DNA of 63,955 nucleotides, the filler included, from Perkinsus olseni (Eukaryota): NCBI GenBank assembly GCA_013115125.1. It is 3 parts of 3 records of this genome, joined end to end, with 100 filler letters (N's around TTAATTAATTAA, not from the genome) between each part and the next. Parts side by side here need not be neighbours in the genome. Positions count along the whole stretch, not along the records: positions 45,930 to 63,955 come from JABANN010000625.1; 2 more parts are not named here. One strand, given 5' to 3'. A program made the position numbers and the translations under genes. Shown piece after piece: positions 50,292-62,142 of this stretch. The notes beneath the pieces are model-generated. The model worked only from the letters and a program-made list of their open reading frames with translations, did no database searches and was not told the origin of the DNA. The stretch's first letter is position 1. Each line of letters begins with the position of its first letter.

Positions 50292-51031
50292 TCACATATT
50301 CTGTAGTAAGAACCTAAGCAAGAGTGGCTGGTGACCTCGGTCCATGATGATAGGCCGTGGTAGTACTCAGCAAAGGCAGCGCAAGCACTCTTGCAGTTGC
50401 CACCAGTCTGACCAAGCTCTTCGTCGTACATCCCCATCACAAGCATTGTCCCTGAGAGAAAACAGGGGAGTCACCTGACACTGAGAGGTGTCACCCTGTT
50501 ACCTGTGTTAATCACGCAAACTCCCTTCTTTCCGAGGGCGCCAAACAGACAAACGACCCTGACAAGCTCGACATCATTCAGGTACCACACCATCACCAAA
50601 TCTTACTCCTGGCCGGCACAATCAAAATCAGTCTCGTACTTAACAATTCGATACTTGTTGCCACCAATGAACAACCCTTGCGAGGTCGTTCCTGAAGGCG
50701 TGGAAGTCCAACTCCGTCAAAGGTCGCGTCAAGCACTACCGGTCTCCATGGCCTCCCGAAGAGCCGTCGCCTCGTTAATTGTGACCCTCTCAGTTCGCTC
50801 AGTAACTTCGTCGACCAACACCTCAGTGACGAAGTCCTCCGAGAACGTCGCGGCCCAGCCTTCCTCCTCAGAGGTCGCACCTGAACGGCCATCGGCGTGT
50901 CAGGGGGCCGTGGACGAAGCAGCACCACCTTGAGCCGCGAAGAGTTTATAATCAGACGAGTTGCCCAATGCCCCGGCGTAGCACTTCCCTTCAGAGAGGA
51001 GGTAATGGGAAATGTAATCGTTCCAGGACAT
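50292..51031 (-). CDS. Profilin, apicomplexan type (5 exons)
   Basis: MSWNDYISHYLLSEGKCYAGALGNSSDYKLFAAQGATSEEEGWAATFSEDF...VTINEATAL...GLFIGGNKYRIV...GMYDEELGQTGGNCKSACAAFAEFLLQNM*. Confidence 0.92.
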
Positions 51032-51836
51032 ACTCAACAACAAGTACGTGGGCACTAAGAAGGGCTACCAAGAGGATGTTCGAGGCAAGGGTGGTGCGCC
51101 CTAGTGGTGTGCTTTAAATGCACTACAAGTAGTTCAGCAGATGGGCTCTTCAGTCCACAACACTTAGAGAAGAGGAAGAGAAGCTCTGCGTATCAGTTGT
51201 GATTTTTTCGTGCATTTTGCAGAACAAGTTGTCAAAGAAACAACGTGCCAGCAGCTAAGGGGAAGATCCGGTGTTGGATATGCAACAAGGGGGTGTGACC
51301 AGATTGATTTTTGGTGCGGGGAACCTCAGCGCTCGGGCCCGAACGGGCCGTATCACTTGGGTCGTGGCGAGCACTCGCCTCAGCGACGCGGATTGTGGCA
51401 ACTGATTTTCACTTTGACAATTACCCTACTGAACAGAGACGCTTCGATGCTGAGGGATGATTATTACTCGTGAGACACGGTCTCAGGTCCGTTCCTGAAT
51501 TTCAGAATAAATAAGGTGATTCGAAATCGCTGGGGGTGTCAGTAAACCCGTCCTGAATTTCAGGAGCGCTCTCAGGGTCGAAATTAACGTGTAAAAATCG
51601 ATCTTGGCGGCGCTGTTGAAACTCAGGGGAGGGAGTCTGTTGAACCCACCGAACCTCGATTAACGAGCACATCGATGAGAGTCTAGCCAAGCGGGTGCTG
51701 GCATCGGACACGTTTTAATGGATCGAAGTTTTCAACTTGAATTTGCCACTGTCACCTAATAGAGTCTTCTGTCCAGCGCAAGCTGAGCCGTGGGCGGTGG
51801 GAGTGTCCTTTGCACACAGCACGCCTTTCGAAGTGA

Positions 51837-52574
51837 TGAGTCTGAGTGACCTGCGAGCATTGCTAGTTAGGGCCAGTATTGACTGGGACCTTAGGTGAGG
51901 TGGCTGGCGCGAAGCTGAATGACTTCAAAATTCCCTTTAGATGGACTCGAGATCAGATCATTGGTCTGCTGCGTGGCACCGAGAAGCCTGTCCTCAACCA
52001 TTCAGAATCGAGATGTTCTGAATTAGTGACCGAGCCGGAAGAGCAGTCAAAGCGGAGATATCGGCTCGAGATGCTGGGCGACTTCGGTCACCTGACCTTC
52101 CTTCACGCCAGTATCAACAAGAAGGTGATTTGTACTCGCGAACGACCGTGGTGCAACGTGAGCCTCGATGGGTCTGAGATGCTTCGAATTGAGCTAAGCC
52201 CTCCTTCTGGGTTCATGGTCTTGCCAGTATCTGTGCTAATGGGAAAAGTGTTTCCCAAGAGGCGAATGACTTACTGGGAGAGATCTACAGGTCACGTCGC
52301 GGGAACGATAGAGTTGGGAATCTCCTGCCAAGAGTATGAGGAGACAGAAATCAAACCCGGGGCGGCGGCGCTGCAACTCTTGGACGAGGTGCCTGGGCGA
52401 GGTCGAATCGAGTCAGAGGAAGCTAACGAAGAGGACGGAAGGTCGTCAGGTCACCTGACCGAGCTTAAGAAAGAGATAGCGGCTTTAGAGGAGCTCAATG
52501 CCCAACTGCGGTCAAGGATAGCAGGGTTGATGAATGACTCAGAGGAAGGCCAGGAAAATCATCAGCAGGAGTAG
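51837..52574 (+). CDS. Hypothetical protein (beta-rich segment then coiled coil); extent uncertain
   Basis: 231-codon ORF with protein-like composition and a heptad stretch LTELKKEIAALEELNAQLRSRI. Confidence 0.45.
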
Positions 52575-53975
52575 ACCTAGGAGCATGGCCATGGTGTATA
52601 ACGATCCTTAGTGACCCTTACCAACGCCCTCGCCTTGTGTTATTGCCAGTCTTAGGAATGAGCTGGGCATGCTCTCTCGGAGGAGGGCCCTTCCGAAATT
52701 GGAGGTTCCAGCGCCATCGGCCAACATGCAAGTACCTCGTCGCGTCCAGGAGGCGGCGTCCACTTCGACTACGATGCAATCCAGCGGTGCCATCGATCAT
52801 CAACTGTTCAAACTGATAGTAAGGCCGGCCCTGCCTTTCAAAATACGGAAGACCTCAAATCCACTCACATGTGCCAGTGGGACCCTAGCTGAGCTTGCAT
52901 AAATACGTGCGGCCTGACAACTCGCTTCTGTGCCGAGAGGTGATCATTACATCAACCCTGCAGTCGTGCCTAAGAGGTTCCGTTGACTCACAGAACCGCT
53001 ACTCCCTGTCGGGTATGTCCAAAGGAGAGTTCTAGTAAATGATGTTTTCAGCACAACGGGCCTTGATCAGTCCGAGTCTCGCCTGCAACAAATGAGCACT
53101 CAGAATTCCCTATTGATTGAGTCCCCGTTTTCCGCGGTAGAGTTTATCCCTGTACCCATTGATGCGGCCGAGAGATCGATAGCATAAGCGAGGCCGGAGC
53201 AGAATTTGCGCTCCAGAGTACCCGATCATCGCGTCCCGATGATGGGTAACGGCAGATCCAGTAATTCGCAGTGACTGATGTTGACTTCGAACAAACAAAC
53301 CTGTAGTACAGGTCCTGTGTAATCTAGTGGCTCATTATGGGGGGAATTATTCCTGGCAACAAGTCTGTTAGCCAACTGGGTTCGACCGGAGGTGTTAAAT
53401 AGAGTTACCAACATCATGGGTGTCCGCAACCAATATTTCTACAACTGCACTGAGTGGGGTCCACCCGAACTTCGACGCCTGCGAATCGCGACGGGGTTTT
53501 ACATCTCGCATAGAGAGAATCCTCCAGACGTCGTTGCCGGCAGCCTCACAGGTTGCACTGATTCCGAAAATCATAGAAAAGTCGGATCAGCTTTTCCTGA
53601 TTGAGGGGGTGCTTGAAGACAGTGAAGTTATGAAGTTATGGTATCCCCATTAGAAGACAGTTATGCTGGTTCATGTTGATGGAATTACTTCGGTTTCATT
53701 ACCCGAAGTCATGACATGAGTCGTGGTGGTTGTGGGAGACACTGCCCACTTTTCTCCTCTCATCTATTACTATGAGTGACGCAATACAATCTGATATGAT
53801 CCTTAGTAAGAGTCTGAATGAGCGAAGGTGAGGCTGACTCAACATCCGCGAAAGCAGAGTTGATGCTAAACTACCGCATTAGAAAAGTCTGGATGTAAAA
53901 AAGGTTAAGATATCTCGGCCTTGTTGGGCTTCGTCGATCATCGATCTCGTTGGACTTGAAGAATTCTTTCTTCAC

Positions 53976-55304
53976 TTAATGGTTCTCGAAAATCTTCCCC
54001 TGTGCCTTGCCACTTGTCCTTATCTGTCTGTAAATAGTCAACGTCTGCTGGGTCGGATCCTGCGCATCCCTGAACTCGATCTTCTCTAGATCTTCAAGCT
54101 CGTACCTCGAGTTGGCGTAAAACCCGCAGCGTCTCAGCGTAGAAGGGAGGCTGGTAGAGCTGTAATCAGGCTTCACAAAAGAGACGCCATTCTCCACAAC
54201 CATCTCGAAAGGAATATCCTCGACATAAAGACGGCAACCACCAAGTGTGACGTGCATGCCGAAGAGCTCTTTCTCCTGGAAGAATATTAGCTGCCCGGAA
54301 ACGCCGTCGGACTGGGCCTCGTACAGCCCTTTCGGGGCGGCAGATAGTGACGGTACCCAGGGTGTTATACGCGCCGCCGGCGTCGTAGTACGAGGCCTTG
54401 TAGGTAGCGGGCGACGAGTAGTTGTTGGTGCTGCAGGGGTGGTAGGCGTACTGCTGTGATCGAAGTTCCAGTAGGTGCGGCCACCGACGTAGACTCTCAC
54501 CTGTCCCATAGGAACGCCGCCGCTCTGTGTTCTCACCAGGAGCTGCTCGAAAGAGCCACCGTGTACAACTGGATCGGAGCAGCGGTTAATGTTGCTCTTG
54601 AAGTTCGTCGAGCTGTAGTCCGGCAAGACCCAGAACATATCGTCGTGGCCCCATATGGGGCTAATATCGTAGGGGACGTTGTAGACCGTAGTTCTGCATC
54701 CATTAAGGTTAATAGACACGTGCATGGTCTGACTATACTGACCGAAGACGAGGAAACCAGAGTTAGACGACTGTCTGTAATCATATCTTCCCACGGGTCT
54801 TTCACTAGGTGACGGAGCAGGAGTAGTAGTAGGGGGCGCCGTAGGATACCTAGTAGGAGGCGCCCTAGTAGTGGGGGCCGCCGTAGGAGTGTAATCGCTC
54901 CCCCGGTCGAAGTTCCAATCGTAACCACCCACGTGTACGGTAACTCGGCCCATCGGATCACTGCCCTTCTTCGTTACTAGGAGATGTTCGAATGAGTCGC
55001 TGTGAATCGTCGGGTGGTTGCAGGCAGTGAGCGCGGCCTGGAAGCCAGTCGAGCTGTAGTCAGGAATCAACCAGAAGTCTTGACTATCAGCTATACCCAT
55101 AGTCTGGTAACGGACGTCGTGGGCAGCGGCAACACAGCCACGGAGTTTAACAACCAATTGCAGGGTTTCATCGTCACGGTCGAATATAAGTAGACCACCA
55201 TCTCCGTCGGTGTTGCTACGAGCATAAGTACCCACCGGTCGAGCTCCATCGACGCTCTGGGCAATGAGGCCCAGGTTGAAGAGAAGAGGGATGTAGGATC
55301 TCAT
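53976..55304 (-). CDS. Secreted protein with three ~115-aa repeats and T/P-rich linkers
   Basis: Signal-like MRSYIPLLFNLGLIAQSVDG. Repeats begin RPVGTY / RPVGRY / APKGLY, and each has GC, PDYSST and a second Cys. Confidence 0.8.
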   Translation of the reverse strand: MRSYIPLLFNLGLIAQSVDGARPVGTYARSNTDGDGGLLIFDRDDETLQLVVKLRGCVAAAHDVRYQTMGIADSQDFWLIPDYSSTGFQAALTACNHPTIHSDSFEHLLVTKKGSDPMGRVTVHVGGYDWNFDRGSDYTPTAAPTTRAPPTRYPTAPPTTTPAPSPSERPVGRYDYRQSSNSGFLVFGQYSQTMHVSINLNGCRTTVYNVPYDISPIWGHDDMFWVLPDYSSTNFKSNINRCSDPVVHGGSFEQLLVRTQSGGVPMGQVRVYVGGRTYWNFDHSSTPTTPAAPTTTRRPLPTRPRTTTPAARITPWVPSLSAAPKGLYEAQSDGVSGQLIFFQEKELFGMHVTLGGCRLYVEDIPFEMVVENGVSFVKPDYSSTSLPSTLRRCGFYANSRYELEDLEKIEFRDAQDPTQQTLTIYRQIRTSGKAQGKIFENH

Positions 55305-56073
55305 CGAATAAAAGAGGAAAATTATCCTGTGGGAAAGTATTCTACCGTAACGGCCTGTACGCGCGAGACGAGGAGGAACGGGTACCGTTGTGAGACGCGA
55401 CGGTTTAGAGAGACGCGACGGAAATGCCTCGGCGAGCGCTGGTAGTAGGACGTCTCTGACTCGGAGCACCGAAGGGTATCAGTCCTTCCCCACCTTGCGG
55501 CCCATCTGTAGCAGCACGCAACACGAGGTGGCATGGAGTCCACCTCGTGTTGCGCCGACTGCCACACCATGGTCGGAAAAGCATCATAATGTGACTACCA
55601 TAACCCTATCCTTGAAGAATCGAAACGGCTCGGATGCCGATTATCGAAAATATAGCGACTGGCGGTCACGGACCGAATACTGAGATGAATTCTGCGCGCC
55701 TGTTCCTATACGCGCATACCCTAGTTATCTTAGAGCTGCTTCTCGCAATGTGGGAGGCATATTACGAGACAGCTCACGAGCACAGTTCAACTATCCAACC
55801 CTGAAGATAGCGGTCACATCTGAACCGATGACGGATGGCAGTGAAAGTGATACAGGAGCTAGTTTCGGTAGACCTGAGTAGCTTCGTCCATACCTGCCAT
55901 CGAGATGAGATATCGAGCAGTCTTGGTTCACAGAGACGGACGCTCAGGGAGCCAATCCTCAGAATTGGCCCACAGTACAAATTCGGCATCAGTGTGTTCG
56001 TGATCATGCACACGATGTCTGGCAAGAGTGGCAAGGCAGTAAGGGAGGGACGGGCGGGTCAAAGACATCTACC

Positions 56074-56675
56074 GGACACCCGGCATCACAGTGCCGGACA
56101 CCGACCCCTCGCGTCGCGAGGCCCGCGATGAACAGTTTTCCTCGTACACTTCGCTGACGCGCGCTGCCTCGTACGCACACACAGTTGTCCCCTGCACTTC
56201 GATTCGCCCTCGGCAGGGTCGAGTCGACACACGAAGTGTATCAACCAACTCCTACAATTGCTGCTACCTCGTAAGTCGTAGTCTTCCGTCGGTCAGATGC
56301 ATCTCTTCATAGGACCGGTATTAAATAGGAGAGACACTTGTTTGTGGTGACTGTGCCGCAAGAGGTCGATAGTTGATTTTCCCTATAGGATTGGCCGAGT
56401 TACTTCGACCCGGGAAACAACGTAGCCATCTCTCATCTCATCCAAACATCTCATGCTACATGTTGGAAGGTGTCAGCCGAGCTCGTGTCCGGAACGACGC
56501 GGGCCAAGAACATCGACAGGACACCCGGCACTACCGTGCCAGACGCTGACCTCTCACGATGAGCGCCTCGCTTAAGTGCCCCGCTTCGCACGCACACACA
56601 CTATTGCCTCCTACAGCGGATTAACTTGGATTTTCCTTCGGCACACGGAGTGTATCCACTGCTCAACATCGCCTC
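56074..56675 (+). repeat. Diverged direct repeat (two ~160-bp copies, 445 bp apart)
   Basis: GGACACCCGGCA..GTGCC at 56074 and 56519, each followed by ACGCACACACA and CACACG(A/G)AGTGTATC blocks. Confidence 0.65.
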
Positions 56676-56923
56676 GCTAGCGTTCATGAACCAGCGATTC
56701 CGCATTGGACGGGCGCTTGATTAGTACGTGTGTGAGTTGATAGTTCAATGCTGTTATACAGTGGTAACCACTGTGAATTGTCACATGGTAAAACATGGTG
56801 ATCGGCATCTGCATGCTTGGCTGCTAGTATTGGATGATTTCCAACGCGACACGCGGAACACTAAGAACATCATCGACCATGCGACCTCGGAATAACTTGA
56901 TGAAGCATGGGGTGCCAGCAGAG

Positions 56924-58231
56924 TCAGTCATCCTCTGGCCTCCCCAAGCATCTTTCGATGAGCCCGGCAACTCCGGATCGGTGCTGGACTCTCCGCCTGC
57001 AAAGTGGTGTTCGAAATTTGTTCCACTTTCTCATAGATATGATCTTGTTTGCTGCTGGTCTACTTCTAGTTCTGATGCCGACGACTCCGTCATCAAAATC
57101 TATGGAGACGTCGTGGTCGATGAAGAAGGGTCCACCCAGGATCAATGCATCGAAGGGTTCGTTGGGGTGGACTCGGTCTATCACTGAAAGCATACACCAT
57201 TCGCCGTCACAGACATTTACATGATTGCTGAGATGCACCTCTAAGGTGGACTTAACGTCGACTTGGATGATGATGACGGGCAGCCGTTTTGCGACACTTT
57301 TGCGACACCAAAATTGATCGTGATGATCGATAATAGCGTCTGTTTTTCCATCTGTTGGTTGGCTCGTAACCATTCGCGTCCCATCCACACGTTCCCGGCC
57401 GAACTCTTTTTCGATAGCCTCCCACAGCATCGAGAATAGCTTCTCAGGGACGGTGGTTACATCAGCACCCGTGTCAATGCCCACGCTGAGGCCCACCTCT
57501 GGCAATTCCATCATCGGACTGCTCGAAGAAGGGCTCCTTACCCATACAGCTGATACAACCACACCGAGTGTGTCATCATAGTACGAGGCTTCTCGGAGAG
57601 GAAGAAGAGTTGTATCTTTCGACTGCGGCATAGATTCGCCGAGCACCAGCTGCCCGCTCAGTCCACGAGAAAGCTTCGACACATGGATGGAGATGGTGGA
57701 ATGAGAGATCTCTCCGGCATCCACGAGCTGTTTGATGAACGAAGGGGTCTTTACTTGAGCATGGGGTTCTTGCGGTAGAGAGGAGCTGAGGCCTAGCAGA
57801 GCGTAGGGTTGTATGTCTTTGTCTACGCGTGAGCAGCCGACCATCAGACCGATTTGGAATTTGCTGATCTTGCGCTCACCGAAGTTAATCGTCACGTTCC
57901 GATTCACGTAGCTCACGACATCCCCGTCAATGTACTCGAGCTCCTCTATCTTCTGAGCAAGCAAGGTATCGAGATCACACGGGTCGGTCGGAGGGCAGAA
58001 GTAGCAACCCGAGATGAGGTCTTTGCAGGAACCACGGCCGTAGAGACTTTCATACCAACCACCGTACACTAGGTACGTCTCGGAGCTTCCAGTGTCGACT
58101 TTAAGATTGATATTGTGACCGTCAAAGTTCATTTTTACGGTATTGCGCTTCATCCGAAATGACAGTGGCGATGAAGAAGCTTGAGTCAAGCTCCACGCCA
58201 CTGCCGAGTGGAGTATGGAGGATCTCAGCAT
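56924..58231 (-). CDS. Secreted pepsin-like (A1) aspartic protease, intronless
   Basis: Signal peptide, VDTGS and IDTGA catalytic motifs, LLGL and LILGGPF. Confidence 0.9.
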   Translation of the reverse strand: MLRSSILHSAVAWSLTQASSSPLSFRMKRNTVKMNFDGHNINLKVDTGSSETYLVYGGWYESLYGRGSCKDLISGCYFCPPTDPCDLDTLLAQKIEELEYIDGDVVSYVNRNVTINFGERKISKFQIGLMVGCSRVDKDIQPYALLGLSSSLPQEPHAQVKTPSFIKQLVDAGEISHSTISIHVSKLSRGLSGQLVLGESMPQSKDTTLLPLREASYYDDTLGVVVSAVWVRSPSSSSPMMELPEVGLSVGIDTGADVTTVPEKLFSMLWEAIEKEFGRERVDGTRMVTSQPTDGKTDAIIDHHDQFWCRKSVAKRLPVIIIQVDVKSTLEVHLSNHVNVCDGEWCMLSVIDRVHPNEPFDALILGGPFFIDHDVSIDFDDGVVGIRTRSRPAANKIISMRKWNKFRTPLCRRRVQHRSGVAGLIERCLGRPEDD

Positions 58232-58283
58232 TCTTGAAAAGGCAAACATCCTATCACAAAAATCATTCGCAGAACCTCTTCGG

Positions 58284-58399
58284 CAAGAACCCTAATAGAC
58301 CTAGTAGGTCTACTAGGGTTCTTGAAAATTCTTATGCTGGGTTTCCTACGATTGAGTAGGTCTGACCTACTCGATCGTAGGTAACCCACCCTAAGAATT
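58284..58399. repeat. Two adjacent long palindromes
   Basis: 58284-58324: 20-bp arms, 19/20 complementary, 1-nt centre. 58327-58399: 36-bp arms, 32/36 complementary, 1-nt centre. Confidence 0.92.
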
Positions 58400-59406
58400 C
58401 AGCCTACTATACTGCGCTACTTACAAAATGACTGAGTAACACCAGTGACGCTTGCTCGGAGTACTTGCGAAGCAACGGCATTCTCCTCGAAGACGAACCC
58501 GGGCCGGGCCGGGAGGAGTCTGAATAGTCACCTGAGAGCTCAGTTAGGGCCTGAAACCGTTGTGTAGGAACGCCGCTGAGATCCGCGCCGTGCGCGGGAC
58601 CCGGGCCCTAACTGAATCTCGCCCGGAACTATCCGAACTTCATCTGTCACCTACCTCAAGTCACAGTGCGACAGAGTATCAGGTTTCCGAGGCACGCCGG
58701 CGGCGTGCCGCCGCAGGGGCGTACGTCGAAGAACCCCAAGATACTCGAGAGGTGGATTTTCAGCTTGCGTATCTTCGTATTTACTGAAGCCCTACGCAAC
58801 CGGAATTCTTGACAATGAAGACCCGTAGCAAGCTGCGAGTCGAATTTTCCTAACCAAATACAGCTGGGCGATATTCAACGGATTGATACACGCTGGTTGG
58901 TGCGGGAAGAGAATCTGTGGCTTCGAGCGAGGGATGGAGAGACGGTTACTCGTTCGCGCACTGGCTGAAACTTCCTGAAACCTGAAATGTCGACGCCGCG
59001 GCCAACAAGGCAGGCTCTATGCTCATGAAACAGGAAAATCTCGTAGATCGCGAATGGGCCGTCGATCGCAAACAGCCGGAGACAGGATTCTGTCGGTCTT
59101 TACCCTTCGTATTCTCGGAAATCGAGAATCGGATAGAAAATCACCCTCACAGTGGGATAAACATTCGCCTTACAGTAAATCGGATTTACTAATTCCTTAC
59201 CATAGCGGAAAACATAAGTCGCAGCTACTCTGTCTCGGCGAATTCTTCACGTCTGTTTCACCTCAGAATTCGATTAGTCGGGCGCAGCGAGATATGAATT
59301 TTCGGTGCCGCTGGAAGGGGAAAGGTTTATTGTCATGAGCCTTGGGACCCGAGGAGATGAGTTTGAGCCTCACTTTCTGAGCTAGGCGGTGTATACTGTT
59401 ACACGT

Positions 59407-61008
59407 ATGTCCCCTTCGACGACCATGTCTAATCAGACCGGGACCGTGATTCGACCCCCTCATGCGGGCCACTTTCTTTTCACGTCTGAGTCGGTCAACG
59501 AAGGGCATCCTGACAAGATCGGTGACCAGGTCTCCGATGCTGTTTTGGACGCTTGCCTTGCACAGGATCCCGATTCCCGTGTGGCCTGCGAGACTTGTTG
59601 CAAGACGGGCATGGTGATGATTTTCGGTGAGATCACCACCCGCGCGAAGGTGCGTCGCGATAGCCGCCTCATAGTAGAAATCGCTCGCTAATTCTCCGTC
59701 GCTGGCCCTGCGGAATTACTGCGCCATTCAAAACCGTGATGCCGGGAACCTCTCGGGCAGGTTGATTTTGTACAAGTCGTGCGTGACACATGCAAGGAGA
59801 TCGGTTACGATGACGAAGCGAAGGGTCTCGATTATAGGACCATGGAGGTGCTCAACAAACTGGAGGAGCAGAGCCCCGAGATCGGCCAGTCTGTTCACGG
59901 ATTGGGAACAAAGGCACGCGTCGTCTACTCGCTCGTGAGAGGGGTCTTATCCTTCTCAGTCAGGCCCCCGAGGAAATCGGCGCTGGCGACCAGGGCCATA
60001 TGTTTGGTTACGCCTCCAATGAGACCCCTGAGCTCATGCCTTTGAGCCACAGTCTCGCCACTAAGCTGGGTCATCAGCTTACTGTTTGCAGAAAAAACGG
60101 TACCGTTAAGTGGTTGAGACCGGATGGAAAGACTCAAGTGACTGTAGAGTACAAAAAGGGCACTAGCGGTGAAATGATTCCCGTTAGGGTCCACACCATT
60201 CTCATATCTACTCAGCACAGGTAAGACTCGCAGTTACTCCTGCCGCTGTTACATCGCTGTTGTTCAGCCCCGAGGTCAGTCAAGAGCAGATCGAGTCTGA
60301 TGTTATGGAGTACATTATTAAGCCTATCGTCCCTAAGCAGTATCTTGATGAGGATACCATCTATCACATAAATCCTAGCAAGGCTTTCACTATCGGCGGC
60401 CCTCACGGTGATGCTGGTCTTACTGGTCGTAAGATCATCATTGATACTTATGGTGGCTGGGGAGCACACGGTGGCGGAGCCTTCTCCGGCAAGGACTCCA
60501 CCAAGGTAAGCAACCTCTCAGTCACTCTCGAGCCACCCTGCCTTCCTCAGGTTGATAGATCGGCTGCGTATGCTGCTCGATGGGCCGCCAAATCCCTCGT
60601 GCATGCAGGTTTGTGCCAGCGCTGCCTGGTACAGGTCAGCTACGCCATTGGAATTGTGCAACCGTTGAGTCTTTTCGTCGACTCGTAAGCGACTCTTTTC
60701 GACTTGTTCCCATTATCATCATGAAAGGTTCGGCTCTGCCATGCCTGGCCTCTCTGATGAGGATTTGTGTGACATTGTGAAACGAAACTTCGACTTCCGG
60801 CCCGGATGCATCCAGAGGGACTTGGAGCTCAAAAAGCCCCAGGTGAATCACTGCTGCGGTCTGTAGTTGCAGTATCGTAGTGTATCAGTTCCAACCATTG
60901 GCCGCCTACGGTCACTTTGGACGCAACGATTTGATGCCCGCTTGGGAGGTAGTGAAGGACCTGGAGAGCGAAGTGGCTTCCGCGGAGAAGGTGGCAGCTT
61001 CTTCTTAG
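59407..61008 (+). CDS. MAT: S-adenosylmethionine synthetase (canonical MAT)
   Basis: [76 protein letters not shown]. Confidence 0.97.
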
Positions 61009-62142
61009 CTACCCTGTAGTGCTGTTGTAGTTACTGGGAACGTTGTTATTAGTCTTCTCTTTCGTGCCCGTGGTTTGAGTTCATTATGTGCGACGGGGGG
61101 GGGAGAATTTGAGTACCATAGTGAATACCCTGTACACTCGTGCGTTTACCGCGTGTCACACGGTCGCAGGCCCTGTGTGAAACAGCCTTTCATAAGCAAC
61201 GCGAGAATATGGTTTTGGCATAACCTGATGTATCCGAGGGGCGTGCAGGTGAGAGCCCGTCGCCTCTTCGCGTCCCGTCACCCTGGATGACAATCATTCA
61301 TTCGACCGCGGAACACCGCCACCGTAGCCATTAGCCTCGACACTGCCAGCTTACTCCTCAGTTCGCGAGCTGAGTCAGCAGTAGCGATCACTAGTCGCTG
61401 TCAGCGACTCGTTGATGCTCACTGGTTTAGGGTGGCCCAGTGTGATCATCAGTACGTAATAAGCAAGCCTCATTCTCACACACTACCCAACGAGTGCCTC
61501 AGTGATCGAAGCAAGCCGTGAGGGCAAGGATAAAGGAGTGGCCCTTTCTTACCTGAGAGGTCAGCTCGCTTAGGAGTAGCCCAAGGCGCCGAGAATTTCA
61601 TCTCTGGAGGGCCATGTGAACAGATGGTGCGTAGATCGTTAGGAATGATGAGAATCAATACAATGGGGACTCGCTCCATCTCAAGCGTTCTAATTGATGC
61701 TCGCGATGTGAGTGGTTGTTGATGACGCTGTAGAGGCACACTACATCCGGCACGACGGCATTCTCAAAAGCTCTAAGTTCTCCAGATTCAACGGTTGCGA
61801 CGTCGAAATCGAAGCCGGTCGGAATTCAAATTGCCCAGAGTACTGCCGACTGGGCAGATGTCTTCCTTTTAGGCTTGGAAGATAGCACTGACCGTAGAAT
61901 ACGTGCCTAGATTCACAATTGAGGACTCGAGTGGACCCAGCAGAGACGCATGGTGCTTTGGGCATTTTCTTGCAGTATTGAGGGCTCTTAGATGAGCAGG
62001 TCTCGAACACAACAGAAAGAAAGACACGAACATCAACACATGCGGGCCATCAAAATATATGAAGCTACAGAACTCAATCATCCTGCTGTTTGCCGAGGCA
62101 GCTTCGGACGAGCCAGGTTATCCCATAACGGCGTTTCACAAC

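Noticed and set aside
61321-61341. ACCGTAGCCATTAGCCTCGAC resembles the dinoflagellate/Perkinsus spliced leader; CGTAGCCATCT at 56421 is similar
   Set aside because: Only the first 11 nt match contiguously. There is no AAG|GT donor and no gene directly downstream, so chance is plausible.
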